Assembly: GCA_963832745.1 (NCBI GenBank)
Contig: CAWHVC010000003.1
Span: forward strand, 64,001-128,000
DNA from: Candidatus Bathyarchaeota archaeon
Lineage (GTDB): Archaea; Thermoproteota; Bathyarchaeia; Bathyarchaeales; Bathycorpusculaceae
Length of the DNA stretch: 64,000 nucleotides
Direction: 5' to 3'
Under the pieces are notes generated by a model. It did no database searches. It was not told where the DNA came from and saw only the letters and a list, made by a program, of their open reading frames with translations. Positions 38,298 to 47,759 of the stretch are shown here, in pieces; positions within the stretch are counted from its first letter, which is position 1; each line of letters starts with the position of its first letter. The position numbers were made by a program, and so were the translations under genes.

Positions 38298-38411
38298 CTA
38301 CCCCTCTTAGGGATTTTTGTTGTCGTCCCAGCAGGAATCTAACAGGATGTTTTAACCTGACCTACCTCTATAGGTTTCTGCAATGAGTTTCTATTAGGAT
38401 CCAAATAGGTT
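38298..38411 (+). repeat. Dispersed intergenic repeat: partial copy (38298-38311) plus full copy 3 (38359-38411)
   Basis: CTACCCCTCTTAGG is the exact reverse complement of 35463-35476; the full copy aligns with copies 1 and 2. Confidence 0.7.
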
Positions 38412-38413
38412 TG

Positions 38414-38965
38414 TTAAGAAGTTGAAGGTTTAGTTATCCAATCCGCAAGAGTAACCTTATTCGTGTTATCCTGCTTCTCCACCTGCACTATACCCCTCTC
38501 CGAAAGTCTTGCAACAACACGGTGAACCTTGACTCTTGAAAGGTTTGTTTTCCAACGAATTTCTTTCTGCAACATGCTGCCCTCTTTGGTTGAAGAAAGC
38601 GTTTCAACCACTTTACGTTCGTCCATATTTAACACTTTAAGAACTGCATCTAAAGTTTGCTTGTTTTGAGGCGGCGGCATAGGGACTTTTTGGGAGGCTT
38701 CAATTGGAGCTTTGGCTTGCTTGATTGGTGGAAACGCTATCATGTAAACAAATACTGCCAACGCAGCAATGAGGGGCACCACAAAAACGAGCAGCCACAC
38801 AACACTTGTGCTTGTCAGTGCCATGTTGGATGTTTGTCCCATGTGACCTCTACTGCTTGTGTCATCAAAAAGTGTTGTAGAAAAAAGCACCAAACCAATA
38901 ATGCTTACAGACAACAAGGCGACTGCAAGAGCGAATAGGGGTTTCTGCATCAAGTTTACCTGCAA
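38414..38965 (-). CDS. Membrane-anchored winged-helix transcriptional regulator
   Basis: Two TM helices then MLQKEIRWKTNLSRVKVHRVVARLSERGIV. Confidence 0.85.
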   Translation of the reverse strand: MQVNLMQKPLFALAVALLSVSIIGLVLFSTTLFDDTSSRGHMGQTSNMALTSTSVVWLLVFVVPLIAALAVFVYMIAFPPIKQAKAPIEASQKVPMPPPQNKQTLDAVLKVLNMDERKVVETLSSTKEGSMLQKEIRWKTNLSRVKVHRVVARLSERGIVQVEKQDNTNKVTLADWITKPSTS

Positions 38966-38988
38966 ATATACGGTTCAGATGTCTATTA

Positions 38989-39030
38989 AGATGTTTCACT
39001 TTTTGAAACGTTTCGTTTCAGCCAACATCT
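38989..39030. promoter_or_regulatory. Palindromic operator-like site between divergent genes
   Basis: GTTTCA-N5-TGAAAC-N5-GTTTCA (38993-39020) inside an AGATGTT/AACATCT inverted pair. Confidence 0.55.
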
Positions 39031-39085
39031 AAACCGATTGGTCAACATAGAGTTTTTCAGCGGAAAAAATTGGAGGTGAAAAAGA

Positions 39086-39484
39086 TTGAACAAGAAAGCA
39101 ATCCTCGTTGTTAGCATGATACTGGGGATAGCTGTGTTTATCCCATTAGTTGCTGCTTCACCTTTAATCCAGAACGGCGACACTCTGCAAACACAGGACC
39201 AAACTCAACTGCAAATAAGAGATTGTGACGGCTCATGCATACAGGACGGCACTCAGGCAGATTGCCAGCAAAATCAAACCTGCACCCAAGACAGACAACG
39301 CCTACAATCATGTGACGGCAACAATACCTGCATTGGCGCAGGAACCTGCGACGGAACACAAACCCAAACACGCCAACGCTTAGGTCAACAAGAAGAGTGC
39401 AGACAAGCAGGCGTATCGGACGGTCAACAATACTGCTACAGCAACCAACAACAATATCAGCACAAAAACTGCCAAACACCATAA
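39086..39484 (+). CDS. Secreted Gln/Cys-rich low-complexity protein
   Basis: Signal peptide; three CDG motifs; repeated QTQ/RQRL. Confidence 0.7.
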   Translation: MNKKAILVVSMILGIAVFIPLVAASPLIQNGDTLQTQDQTQLQIRDCDGSCIQDGTQADCQQNQTCTQDRQRLQSCDGNNTCIGAGTCDGTQTQTRQRLGQQEECRQAGVSDGQQYCYSNQQQYQHKNCQTP

Positions 39485-39595
39485 ACTCGGCAGTTAACAA
39501 TTATAGTCTCCTTTTCCCTTTTTGAAATAAAAATTAGCAGTTAATGGCTCGTTTTGGGTTTATTCAAAGATAAAGATGTAAATTAAGGAAAACAA

Positions 39596-42037
39596 ATGTT
39601 TTCATTGATTAGCTTGGCAGAAAAAAGTGAGGAGTCTCAAGGTTCAACGCAGGAAGCATTTGACCCTAAAATTTTAGACACTGGACTCAACCAAGCAGAA
39701 GTCGAACAGAAAAGAAAACAGTTTGGCTACAACGAGGTTCCAGAAGAAAAGTCGAACCCTTGGCTTCAGTTTGCCAAAAAGTTTTGGGGACTCACAGCTT
39801 GGCTGCTGGAAATAATTATTATTCTTTCACTTTTTCTACAGCGTTATACTGACGTTTACATTATTTTGGGCTTGCTAATTTTGAACGCTATCTTGGGTTT
39901 TGAAGAAGAACTTCGAGCCTCAAAAGCCGTTGATACTTTGAAAGAGAAACTCCGCGTTAACGCCCGCGTCTTACGAGAAGGCATATGGAAAGTTTTGGCT
40001 GCCAGAGAAATTGTTCCAGGGGACGTGGTGAGGATTAGACCAGGAGATTTTGTTCCTGCCGACTTGAAAACGGTAACAGGCCATCTTGAAGTTGACCAGT
40101 CGGCTTTAACGGGTGAATCGTTTGCTGTTGAAAAGAATCCAGGGGACATTTTGTATTCTGGTTCGGTTGTGAAACATGGGGAATCAAACGGCATTGTTGT
40201 TTCGACAGGAACCAAGACATATTTTGGTCGTACAGCGCAGCTTGTTCAGTTGGCTAAGCCTAAACTGCACATTGAAGAAGTCGTAGCAAGCGTGGTTCGT
40301 TGGCTGCTAGTAATTGTTTCTGTTTTAGCTATTGTAGCGCTTGTTTTCTCCGTGATTAGAGGATTTGACATAATTGACACGTTGCCGATTCTTCTAGTTA
40401 TTTTGTTGTCTGCAATTCCAGTGGCATTGCCTGCCATGTTCACTGTTAGCATGGCGCTTGGAGCAATGGAATTATCCAGAAAAGGCGTGCTAATAACCCG
40501 TTTAAGCGCTGCTGAAGACGCCGCAACCATGAATGTGCTCTGCGTTGACAAAACTGGAACAATAACAATGAACAAACTCTCAATCATCAAAACCTTGCCG
40601 CACAACGGATTCAGCGAACAGGACGTGGCGTTTTATGGAGCGTTGGCGTCTCAGGAAGCAAACCAAGACCCTATTGACATAGCCTTTATTGAGATGGCTA
40701 AACGTGAAGCGTTGCCGATTGAAGCATTTAGGCAGACAAGTTTTGTTCCGTTTGACCCCAAGACCCGACGAACAGAAGCTACGGTTCAGAAAAATGGTGA
40801 AACATTCAGGGTTATGAAGGGTGCAGTTAGGGTTATCGCTGAAGCCTGCGGATTGGGTGAGGATGAAGAGAGGCAGCTTGAAGAGCAAACGCAAGAGTAT
40901 GCTTTGAAGGGTTACAGAACCTTAGCAGTAGCAAGAACCAACGGCGATGGGCAACCGAAGCTTGTTGGGTTAGCAATGCTTTACGACATGCCACGTCTAG
41001 ACTCAAAACAATTAATACAGGAATTAAACCAACTGGGAATTTCAGTTAAAATGCTTACTGGCGATGCTCTGCCAATCGCGAAAGAAACTGCGAAAAACGT
41101 TGGGTTAGGCGAACGAATCACTTTGGTTTCCAGTTTGAAGGCAGACATCAAAAAGGATGCCTTGTTGGCTGAAGAGGAAGCAGAACAAAGTGATGGTTTC
41201 GCGGAAGTGTATCCTGAAGACAAGTACACTATCGTTAAAAGCTTGCAGGTTAGCAAGCACATTGTTGGGATGACGGGTGATGGCGTGAATGATGCGCCAG
41301 CATTAAGGCAATCTGAAGTCGGCATTGCAGTAAGCAACGCTACTGATGTGGCGAAAGGCGCGGCAAGCGTAGTGTTGGTTAACGAGGGCTTAACCAGCAT
41401 TGTGGACTTGGTTAAGAATGGCAGGGTTATTTACGAACGGATAGTAGCGTGGATTTTAAGCAAAATCATCAGAACACTTCAGGTTTCCGTTTTTACAGTG
41501 CTAACCTTCCTGTTAACTGGAAGCTATGTGATTTCAGCCTTTGAGGTTATTTTGTACTTTTTCTTAACTGACTTTGTAAAAATTGCCTTGTCTACTGATA
41601 AGCTTCAAGGCTCCGACAAACCAGACACATGGAAGTTACTGGGGGCAATCAAAGCGTCAGCGATTCTGGGTACACTTATAATTGCTGAATCAGTTGCACT
41701 GTTATATGTGACACTTAACATTTTCAATGTATCAATCAGTGACCCAGCGCTTTACACTTACACTTTTGAGATACTTTTCTATTCAGCATCGTTCCTAAAC
41801 TTTAACGTTCGTGAAAGAAGACTCTTTTACAAATCCAGACCCAGCACAATCCTTTTGCTTTCAAACATCGTAAGCTTAATCGTTGGTACAATACTGGTTA
41901 CCGTTGGAATCCCCGGCCTTTCAGCTGTACCCTTCACTGGAACATTAGTGATGCTTGGACTTTCAGCTCTATTCGCGTTTGTAGTTAACGATTTAGTAAA
42001 AGTCTTCATAGTACAGAAAATCGGAATCAAATGGTAA
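39596..42037 (+). CDS. P-type ATPase, subtype IIIA (plasma-membrane proton efflux)
   Basis: DQSALTGES, IPVALP, DKTGT, DPID, PFDP, KGA, TGDGVNDAPAL. Confidence 0.93.
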   Translation: MFSLISLAEKSEESQGSTQEAFDPKILDTGLNQAEVEQKRKQFGYNEVPEEKSNPWLQFAKKFWGLTAWLLEIIIILSLFLQRYTDVYIILGLLILNAILGFEEELRASKAVDTLKEKLRVNARVLREGIWKVLAAREIVPGDVVRIRPGDFVPADLKTVTGHLEVDQSALTGESFAVEKNPGDILYSGSVVKHGESNGIVVSTGTKTYFGRTAQLVQLAKPKLHIEEVVASVVRWLLVIVSVLAIVALVFSVIRGFDIIDTLPILLVILLSAIPVALPAMFTVSMALGAMELSRKGVLITRLSAAEDAATMNVLCVDKTGTITMNKLSIIKTLPHNGFSEQDVAFYGALASQEANQDPIDIAFIEMAKREALPIEAFRQTSFVPFDPKTRRTEATVQKNGETFRVMKGAVRVIAEACGLGEDEERQLEEQTQEYALKGYRTLAVARTNGDGQPKLVGLAMLYDMPRLDSKQLIQELNQLGISVKMLTGDALPIAKETAKNVGLGERITLVSSLKADIKKDALLAEEEAEQSDGFAEVYPEDKYTIVKSLQVSKHIVGMTGDGVNDAPALRQSEVGIAVSNATDVAKGAASVVLVNEGLTSIVDLVKNGRVIYERIVAWILSKIIRTLQVSVFTVLTFLLTGSYVISAFEVILYFFLTDFVKIALSTDKLQGSDKPDTWKLLGAIKASAILGTLIIAESVALLYVTLNIFNVSISDPALYTYTFEILFYSASFLNFNVRERRLFYKSRPSTILLLSNIVSLIVGTILVTVGIPGLSAVPFTGTLVMLGLSALFAFVVNDLVKVFIVQKIGIKW

Positions 42038-42107
42038 AACCATTGTCCACATTTTTTGGGGATAACAGTTAAAGCCACAATCACGCCTATACCCACGGGG
42101 GCAAAAA

Positions 42108-42395
42108 GTGCAGGTTTCAATCCGCTACTTCACATCACTACGAGAATTAACAGGCAAAAAAGAAGAAAAACTATCCTTTCCAGAAGACCAAATAACTGTC
42201 GATTTAGCATTGAAAACTTTATCTAAGAAATATGGCAAAAATTTTGACGATTACATTTACAACAAAAATGGCCAGACGAAGAGTTTTTTGCAGTTTCTCA
42301 TTAACGGAAACAACGTGTCCACACTTGAGAGACTTGAGTCGACTCTTCGAGACGGGGATGTTTTGGCGATTTTGCCTCCGATCGGCGGCGGCTAA
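42108..42395 (+). CDS. MoaD/ThiS/SAMP ubiquitin-like protein
   Basis: Beta-grasp pattern ending LPPIGGG. Confidence 0.9.
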   Translation: MQVSIRYFTSLRELTGKKEEKLSFPEDQITVDLALKTLSKKYGKNFDDYIYNKNGQTKSFLQFLINGNNVSTLERLESTLRDGDVLAILPPIGGG

Positions 42396-43159
42396 GCCAA
42401 CAGTTTGTCAAAGAGTAGCTTGGTTTGGGCAATCTCCTCTTTGGTTGTGGTGTGGTGCAGTTCTAAGGTTACGGGTCCAGCGTACTTGTACTCTTTGAGT
42501 TTGGTTATTAGCCATTTTAGTTCAGGTGTTTCTTCAAGAAATGGCCTATGGGACTTGTTTGCCATATGAATGTTACAGAGGTAGAGGTGGTACTTTTCGA
42601 TTAGGTTGGCGGCTTCTTTGGTTTCGAGCGCATGGCAGAAGTCAAGGGTAAAACCCATTGTCCGTTTGGGGTCAATAACATCTAAGACTTCTTCAAGTTG
42701 CTCCACGTTTTTGCCAAACCCAGTGGATGTATAAGAAAGATTCTCCAGCGCCAGCTTGATACCAAACTTTTTTGCAAACGGTACAATTTCCCCAAAAACC
42801 GCCTCCAAACACTCCTTCCTAACGGATTTGGAAAGACTTTTGGAAATATCAGAATGAACTACCATCAAAGGCGCCTTTAGCGCTCGGGCGCATTCAAGCG
42901 AGATTTTCCCATAATAAACAGCTTGGTGAACTTCGATGGGGTCTTTAACATGCATGATTGCTGAGTGCAGAGTTAGGCAGTTTAAGCCTGAAGCTTCAAA
43001 CGCTTTTTGTTCACGGTAAACGTCAGTGTCATGTTCTTTTTTGACAGATTTCATGTTAAACTCGATGTTCTGAAACCCAAGTTCTTTGACTGCACCAAAA
43101 TTTTCTTTTATCCCCAACTTGCTAAAAATTCCATTTGACAAACTTAACTTCATATTCAC
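42392..43159 (-). CDS. Sugar-phosphate isomerase/epimerase (xylose isomerase-like TIM barrel)
   Basis: LALEN, TLDFCH, NIH, TLE motifs. Confidence 0.85.
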   Translation of the reverse strand: MNMKLSLSNGIFSKLGIKENFGAVKELGFQNIEFNMKSVKKEHDTDVYREQKAFEASGLNCLTLHSAIMHVKDPIEVHQAVYYGKISLECARALKAPLMVVHSDISKSLSKSVRKECLEAVFGEIVPFAKKFGIKLALENLSYTSTGFGKNVEQLEEVLDVIDPKRTMGFTLDFCHALETKEAANLIEKYHLYLCNIHMANKSHRPFLEETPELKWLITKLKEYKYAGPVTLELHHTTTKEEIAQTKLLFDKLLA

Positions 43160-43195
43160 TCTTACCTGCCAAAATGTTTAGTGATAAAGTCGGTT

Positions 43196-43648
43196 TTACC
43201 TTAGCTTCTCAAGATAAATAAGCGTTATACCGTCCTTGTCTTTCCCAGTTTTAAACTCCGTGTAACCCAGTTTTGTGTAAAGGTGAAGACTTTTTTCGCT
43301 TTTATATCCAGTGAAAAGTTCAAACCGTTTAACCCTTGGGCTCTGGCATTCTACCTGCCGCAATAGTTCAGCACCGACACCTTGATTCTGAAACACTGGA
43401 TCAACCAGCAACCTGCCCACAAAACAAGTGTCACCTTCCTCCAAAAACCGCACTGACCCAATAATTTTACCATCTTGAGTTGCCTTTAGTATTGTATGGG
43501 TTTTGAAAGCGGCTTTTACTTCGTCAAGGGTTTCAAGAAGCGGAGGCAAAGTGCAAACATTGTAAATTTTAGCTTGAGACTGAAACGCCAGCTTTTGCAC
43601 TGTCAATATTTCTTGTGCATCGCTGGGTTTTGCTGTTTCTATTTTCAT
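43196..43648 (-). CDS. GNAT acetyltransferase
   Basis: LLVDPVFQNQGVG, LYTKLGY. Confidence 0.92.
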   Translation of the reverse strand: MKIETAKPSDAQEILTVQKLAFQSQAKIYNVCTLPPLLETLDEVKAAFKTHTILKATQDGKIIGSVRFLEEGDTCFVGRLLVDPVFQNQGVGAELLRQVECQSPRVKRFELFTGYKSEKSLHLYTKLGYTEFKTGKDKDGITLIYLEKLR

Positions 43649-43779
43649 CTTGATAAGGACAAGTAATAGAGGGGTTTATGCTTTTCTTGAACGATAACGC
43701 AAAAAAGACAATAAATTATAGACAGTAAGAATAAAAGCAGAAAACACTCAGTTATCTCTTTACTTGAGGAGCATGCGTT

Positions 43780-44364
43780 ATGCCGCCAGCAGTTGTGAAG
43801 AACATCCAGGACCTGATTTATTGGCAATACGCAAAAATCATAGCCCAATCAGCAGGTTTTAGCAAAAAAGATTACGGTTTTGTAACAAGCAAATTCAAGC
43901 AACTCAACCAAGGCGTCATCACATGGAACGAACTGCGGGAGTACATTAAAGAGAGGGAACAGCAGGAATGCGGTTACTGCGGTGCCACTGCCGATTTGAC
44001 TTTGGAGCACTTGTTGCCGCGGAAGTTTAAGGGACCCGATAATGAGCGTAATGTGGTTTGGGTTTGTAAAAGTTGCAACTCCAAAAAAGGCGCAAAACGA
44101 CTCTACGAATACCACGTGCACAAAGGCGGTTTAAACGAGGCAAAGTATAAAGTGCCAAGAATCGCTGAAGGCAAATACCTAAAATTCGCCTATGAGACAC
44201 TTCAAGCCAACAACATGCTGCAGCTAAAAATTTCAGAGTTAACGGTACAGGTTTGTCCTGAATGTGACCTTAAACCGCTCTGCATAAAAGAAGACACAGA
44301 AGGCAAACTATCAACACTATGCATTGACGGCTTACTGACATTATGCTTCAAAAAAGATGCCTAA
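43780..44364 (+). CDS. HNH endonuclease with extra C-terminal Cys cluster
   Basis: CGYCG...EHLLP...N....CKSCNSKK; CPEC...C. Confidence 0.85.
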   Translation: MPPAVVKNIQDLIYWQYAKIIAQSAGFSKKDYGFVTSKFKQLNQGVITWNELREYIKEREQQECGYCGATADLTLEHLLPRKFKGPDNERNVVWVCKSCNSKKGAKRLYEYHVHKGGLNEAKYKVPRIAEGKYLKFAYETLQANNMLQLKISELTVQVCPECDLKPLCIKEDTEGKLSTLCIDGLLTLCFKKDA

Positions 44365-46154
44365 AGAGGCAATACTCCGCCCCAGAACATTACTTTTTTC
44401 CGCATCATTTTAACGTACTCTTTAAGCACATCCACTTCAACCTCAGTTAAATCATCTAAATGGTCAGCAAACAACTTCTTTACGTCATCCTCAGGCACCT
44501 TAACATAAAGCACATCACGTTCAAAGATGTGTCTACCAGCGATAGGTTTATCCATTGAAATAGCTACTTCCGAGCCAGCTTTGGCTTCGCCGATTGCTTT
44601 GCCTTGCTCTTGAATTTGCTGTATTTCGCCAAGGTCTGAACCGTCTTCTTTGCGGATAAGCGAAACTTTAGGTTTTAATCGTCCACCCTGGATTTCTACA
44701 CCTACAACTAAGGGTTTAGCTCGCCGGAAAATACAGTTGGGCAACACCATTATTTTGCCAGGTTTAACAAGAGCATTAAATTCTTCTTCACTCTTGCGTT
44801 CACGTTTCTCTTTTACCCATTTCAGGTAATTATCAATAAGATTGTAAATGATTGGGTCTTTGAAGATTTTTACACCATTAGCTTCTGCTTCAACTTCGGC
44901 ATCAGGCAAAATTTTCACGCCAAACGCCAACACTGCCCCCACGAGAGGTTGACGTTGTTTAACAACAGAGGCTTCGATTATGTCACGTTTGCTTATGTCA
45001 CCGACATCGGCGATTCGGACCTGTACATTATTGGCTTTAAGTATTTCTGCCATGGCTTCAAGCGAGCCCAAGGTGTCTGCTTTGGCGATGACACCGTCAA
45101 TTTCTTTGGTGATTCGGATTCGGCCAATCTCTTCAGTGATAAGTTTACAGTATTTCGCGACATCTTCCCCTGCTGGCACCGCAAGTAAAGGTGCACCTGC
45201 CAACGCATCTTCAAGACCGGGCGCAACAATCTTTACTCCTGCACTGGCATACACGCAATCAACACCTGTAAATTTGTCTCGGGGGTCACGCATTTCATCC
45301 AGCGGTTTAGGCACAAGAATAGTGCGGACGTGAGCGGAAATTGGACCCTGTTTGCCGCCAATAACAACTAAATCATCCCTATGCAGGGTGCCATCATAAA
45401 CAATAGCGTTCAATGTCATGCCCAAACCTGGTTCTTCTTTTACTTCCAAAATTGAGCCTTTTGCGGGACCATCGGTGGTTTGGAGACGTTTTTTGAGGAA
45501 CTGCTGGGTTAAGCCAACAAGCACCATGACAAGTTCAGATAATCCTTCCCCTGTTTTAGCGCTCGTGGGCACCAAAGCCACGTTTTGGGCGAAGTCGCGG
45601 ATGTGGTCGAAACGGTCGGTTTTGAAGCTTAACCGGCTGAAGTCGCCCATTACTTGGTAGAGACGGTTGTCAACTTCTTGCTGGACAAAGCTTGACTGTT
45701 TAGCGTATGACTGCAAAAACGGTGCGCCATTTGTTGGTTTCCAGCCGGGAACACGGTCAATCTGGTTAACTGCCACGATAAATGGAGTTTTGCGTGCCTT
45801 CAAAATTTCAATACATTCAAAAGTTTGAGCTTCAAACCCGCGTAAAGAGTTAACGACCAAAATGGCGATGTCTGCAACGCTGCCGCCTCTTCGCCTAAGA
45901 TTAGTGAATGCTTCATGACCTGGCGTGTCTACGATAAGCAACCCAGGAATCTCTATACCTGTTTTGAAGGTGCCCATGTAGGGACCGATAAGCTGTTTTA
46001 GTGTTTCAACTGGAAAAAAGCTGGCGCCGATGTGCTGCGTCATACCTCCTGCTTCCCGAACTTGTACATTGGTTTTACGTAGTTCATCAAGCAGTGAAGT
46101 TTTGCCTGAATCGACATGTCCTAGAACACAAACGATTGGTTGACGAATTGGCAC
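44361..46154 (-). CDS. infB: Translation initiation factor aIF5B (IF-2)
   Basis: GHVDSGKT, TQHIGAS, DTPGHEAF, KADTLGSLEA. Confidence 0.97.
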   Translation of the reverse strand: MPIRQPIVCVLGHVDSGKTSLLDELRKTNVQVREAGGMTQHIGASFFPVETLKQLIGPYMGTFKTGIEIPGLLIVDTPGHEAFTNLRRRGGSVADIAILVVNSLRGFEAQTFECIEILKARKTPFIVAVNQIDRVPGWKPTNGAPFLQSYAKQSSFVQQEVDNRLYQVMGDFSRLSFKTDRFDHIRDFAQNVALVPTSAKTGEGLSELVMVLVGLTQQFLKKRLQTTDGPAKGSILEVKEEPGLGMTLNAIVYDGTLHRDDLVVIGGKQGPISAHVRTILVPKPLDEMRDPRDKFTGVDCVYASAGVKIVAPGLEDALAGAPLLAVPAGEDVAKYCKLITEEIGRIRITKEIDGVIAKADTLGSLEAMAEILKANNVQVRIADVGDISKRDIIEASVVKQRQPLVGAVLAFGVKILPDAEVEAEANGVKIFKDPIIYNLIDNYLKWVKEKRERKSEEEFNALVKPGKIMVLPNCIFRRAKPLVVGVEIQGGRLKPKVSLIRKEDGSDLGEIQQIQEQGKAIGEAKAGSEVAISMDKPIAGRHIFERDVLYVKVPEDDVKKLFADHLDDLTEVEVDVLKEYVKMMRKKVMFWGGVLPL

Positions 46155-46320
46155 TGTACTTTTTCCTCCCTAAATAAATTATCAGGCTTGAAGATAATGC
46201 ATGTTTGACTAATAAGAATACTTCATTATTCAATGAAGACTATTCATACTTGAATACTTTACCGTCAATTGAAACAAGGCTTTTAAGAGAAAAAAACTTA
46301 TTGAAAAAAGGTGAAAAAAA

Positions 46321-46638
46321 TTGACTTACTGCACTAAATGCGGCAGCGCGCTTAAAGCAGACGACAAATATTGCCCCGTCTGTGGAGCACCAGTCGCCAA
46401 ATACACAAGCGAAGAATACACTGTTTCAGGCAGCAACCTGGTTGATAAAATAAAAGAGCTGCTGCATGAAGGAAACGTTACCCGACTAATAGTTAAGGAT
46501 GAGGCAGGAAAAACGCTTCTGGAAATCCCTGTAACCGTCGGCGTAGTCGGTATAGTAATTGCACCATGGCTTGCAGCTTTGGGAGTTATAGCAGCTTTAG
46601 TTGCAAACTGCAGAATCGTCGTCGAAAGAAGAGAATAA
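46321..46638 (+). CDS. Zinc-ribbon plus DUF4342 protein
   Basis: CTKCG..CPVCG; KIKELLHEGNVTRLIVK...LEIPVTVG. Confidence 0.85.
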   Translation: MTYCTKCGSALKADDKYCPVCGAPVAKYTSEEYTVSGSNLVDKIKELLHEGNVTRLIVKDEAGKTLLEIPVTVGVVGIVIAPWLAALGVIAALVANCRIVVERRE

Positions 46639-46643
46639 AAAAG

Positions 46644-47759
46644 TTACTTTTTCTCTTTATTCGCTTCCACATCTGCGCCAGCTTCGAGCTTTGCAGGCAA
46701 GTACTCGTCAACAATGTATGTTAAACCGTAGCGGCTGAAAGCTTCAAGTTCCGTTTTGCGCCGGATTTTTAGGAAAGTTTTGATTTCGCGTTGCCAGATG
46801 GGGTCATTTTGGTATCTTGGGTCTTTTTGCAGTTCATATAGACGTTTAATGTCTACTTCATCAAGGGGGTCAGTTGGCAGCTTATATTCGATGATGTCGC
46901 TTGCCCAAACACCACTCCAAACCGCATCTGGCGTGTTTAAATCTCGCAAGTGAGCAGCGTTAGCTGAACCGGAAATAATGACTTGGGCAATGTGCATTCC
47001 CCAAGGGTCACCATCAGTTAAGATGAAAACGGGCAAATTAAGTTCATCATGCAACCGCCGTATGAAGCTGCGGGTTTGTCTTGGTGCTTGTCCACCACAT
47101 GAAATTAGAAGCGCTTTGTGTTTGCTATGGACGCTTTCTTCGATAAACCTTGTGAAAAGAGCGCCTTTCTCTATGGCTATGACTTTGTCAGCAGTTGTTT
47201 TTAGGAATTCAGAAGACGTTACTGCAGGTCCGATAAGGACGCCGTCTGGGTGACTGGTTAAATTAACAGATTTTCCTTCATAACCTGGAACAGTATAGGC
47301 GATGTCTAAGTCGCCAAAGATGGCGCTGCGTTCTTCGGGAAAAATGTTAAAATCTTCACGAGCAAAACCTGTGAGAGTTTCAAGATCTGTGATGATGTTG
47401 TTTGACTCCTGCTGGTCAGCAAAAGTCATTTCGTAAGCTTGCGCTGAGTAGTAAACATCTCTTAACGTGGAGGTTTTACGCTGACTGGTAAGTTCATTGC
47501 TGAACAATGCAACCCAAGCGAGTTGCGTGAAGGGTTTAATATGACGGATGTTTCGAGTGCTTCTTCCAACACTTTTCTCGCCTAAAACGTACTGACGCAG
47601 GGCTGAGTCGTAAGTGATGTTTTCGGTTGAACGGCTGGGCATGTTAACTGTTGGAAAGACCCCTTGGTCTAGTTGATTGTATACTGAAGCGCCAAAGTCC
47701 TTAAGACCTTTAAGGACCGCTTGTTTTCTTTCGCTGATTTTAGCTTTCTTCTGTGCCAT
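46644..47759 (-). CDS. top6A: DNA topoisomerase VI subunit A
   Basis: TLRDVYY, AIEK, TDGDPWG, ELEAF. Confidence 0.96.
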   Translation of the reverse strand: MAQKKAKISERKQAVLKGLKDFGASVYNQLDQGVFPTVNMPSRSTENITYDSALRQYVLGEKSVGRSTRNIRHIKPFTQLAWVALFSNELTSQRKTSTLRDVYYSAQAYEMTFADQQESNNIITDLETLTGFAREDFNIFPEERSAIFGDLDIAYTVPGYEGKSVNLTSHPDGVLIGPAVTSSEFLKTTADKVIAIEKGALFTRFIEESVHSKHKALLISCGGQAPRQTRSFIRRLHDELNLPVFILTDGDPWGMHIAQVIISGSANAAHLRDLNTPDAVWSGVWASDIIEYKLPTDPLDEVDIKRLYELQKDPRYQNDPIWQREIKTFLKIRRKTELEAFSRYGLTYIVDEYLPAKLEAGADVEANKEKK

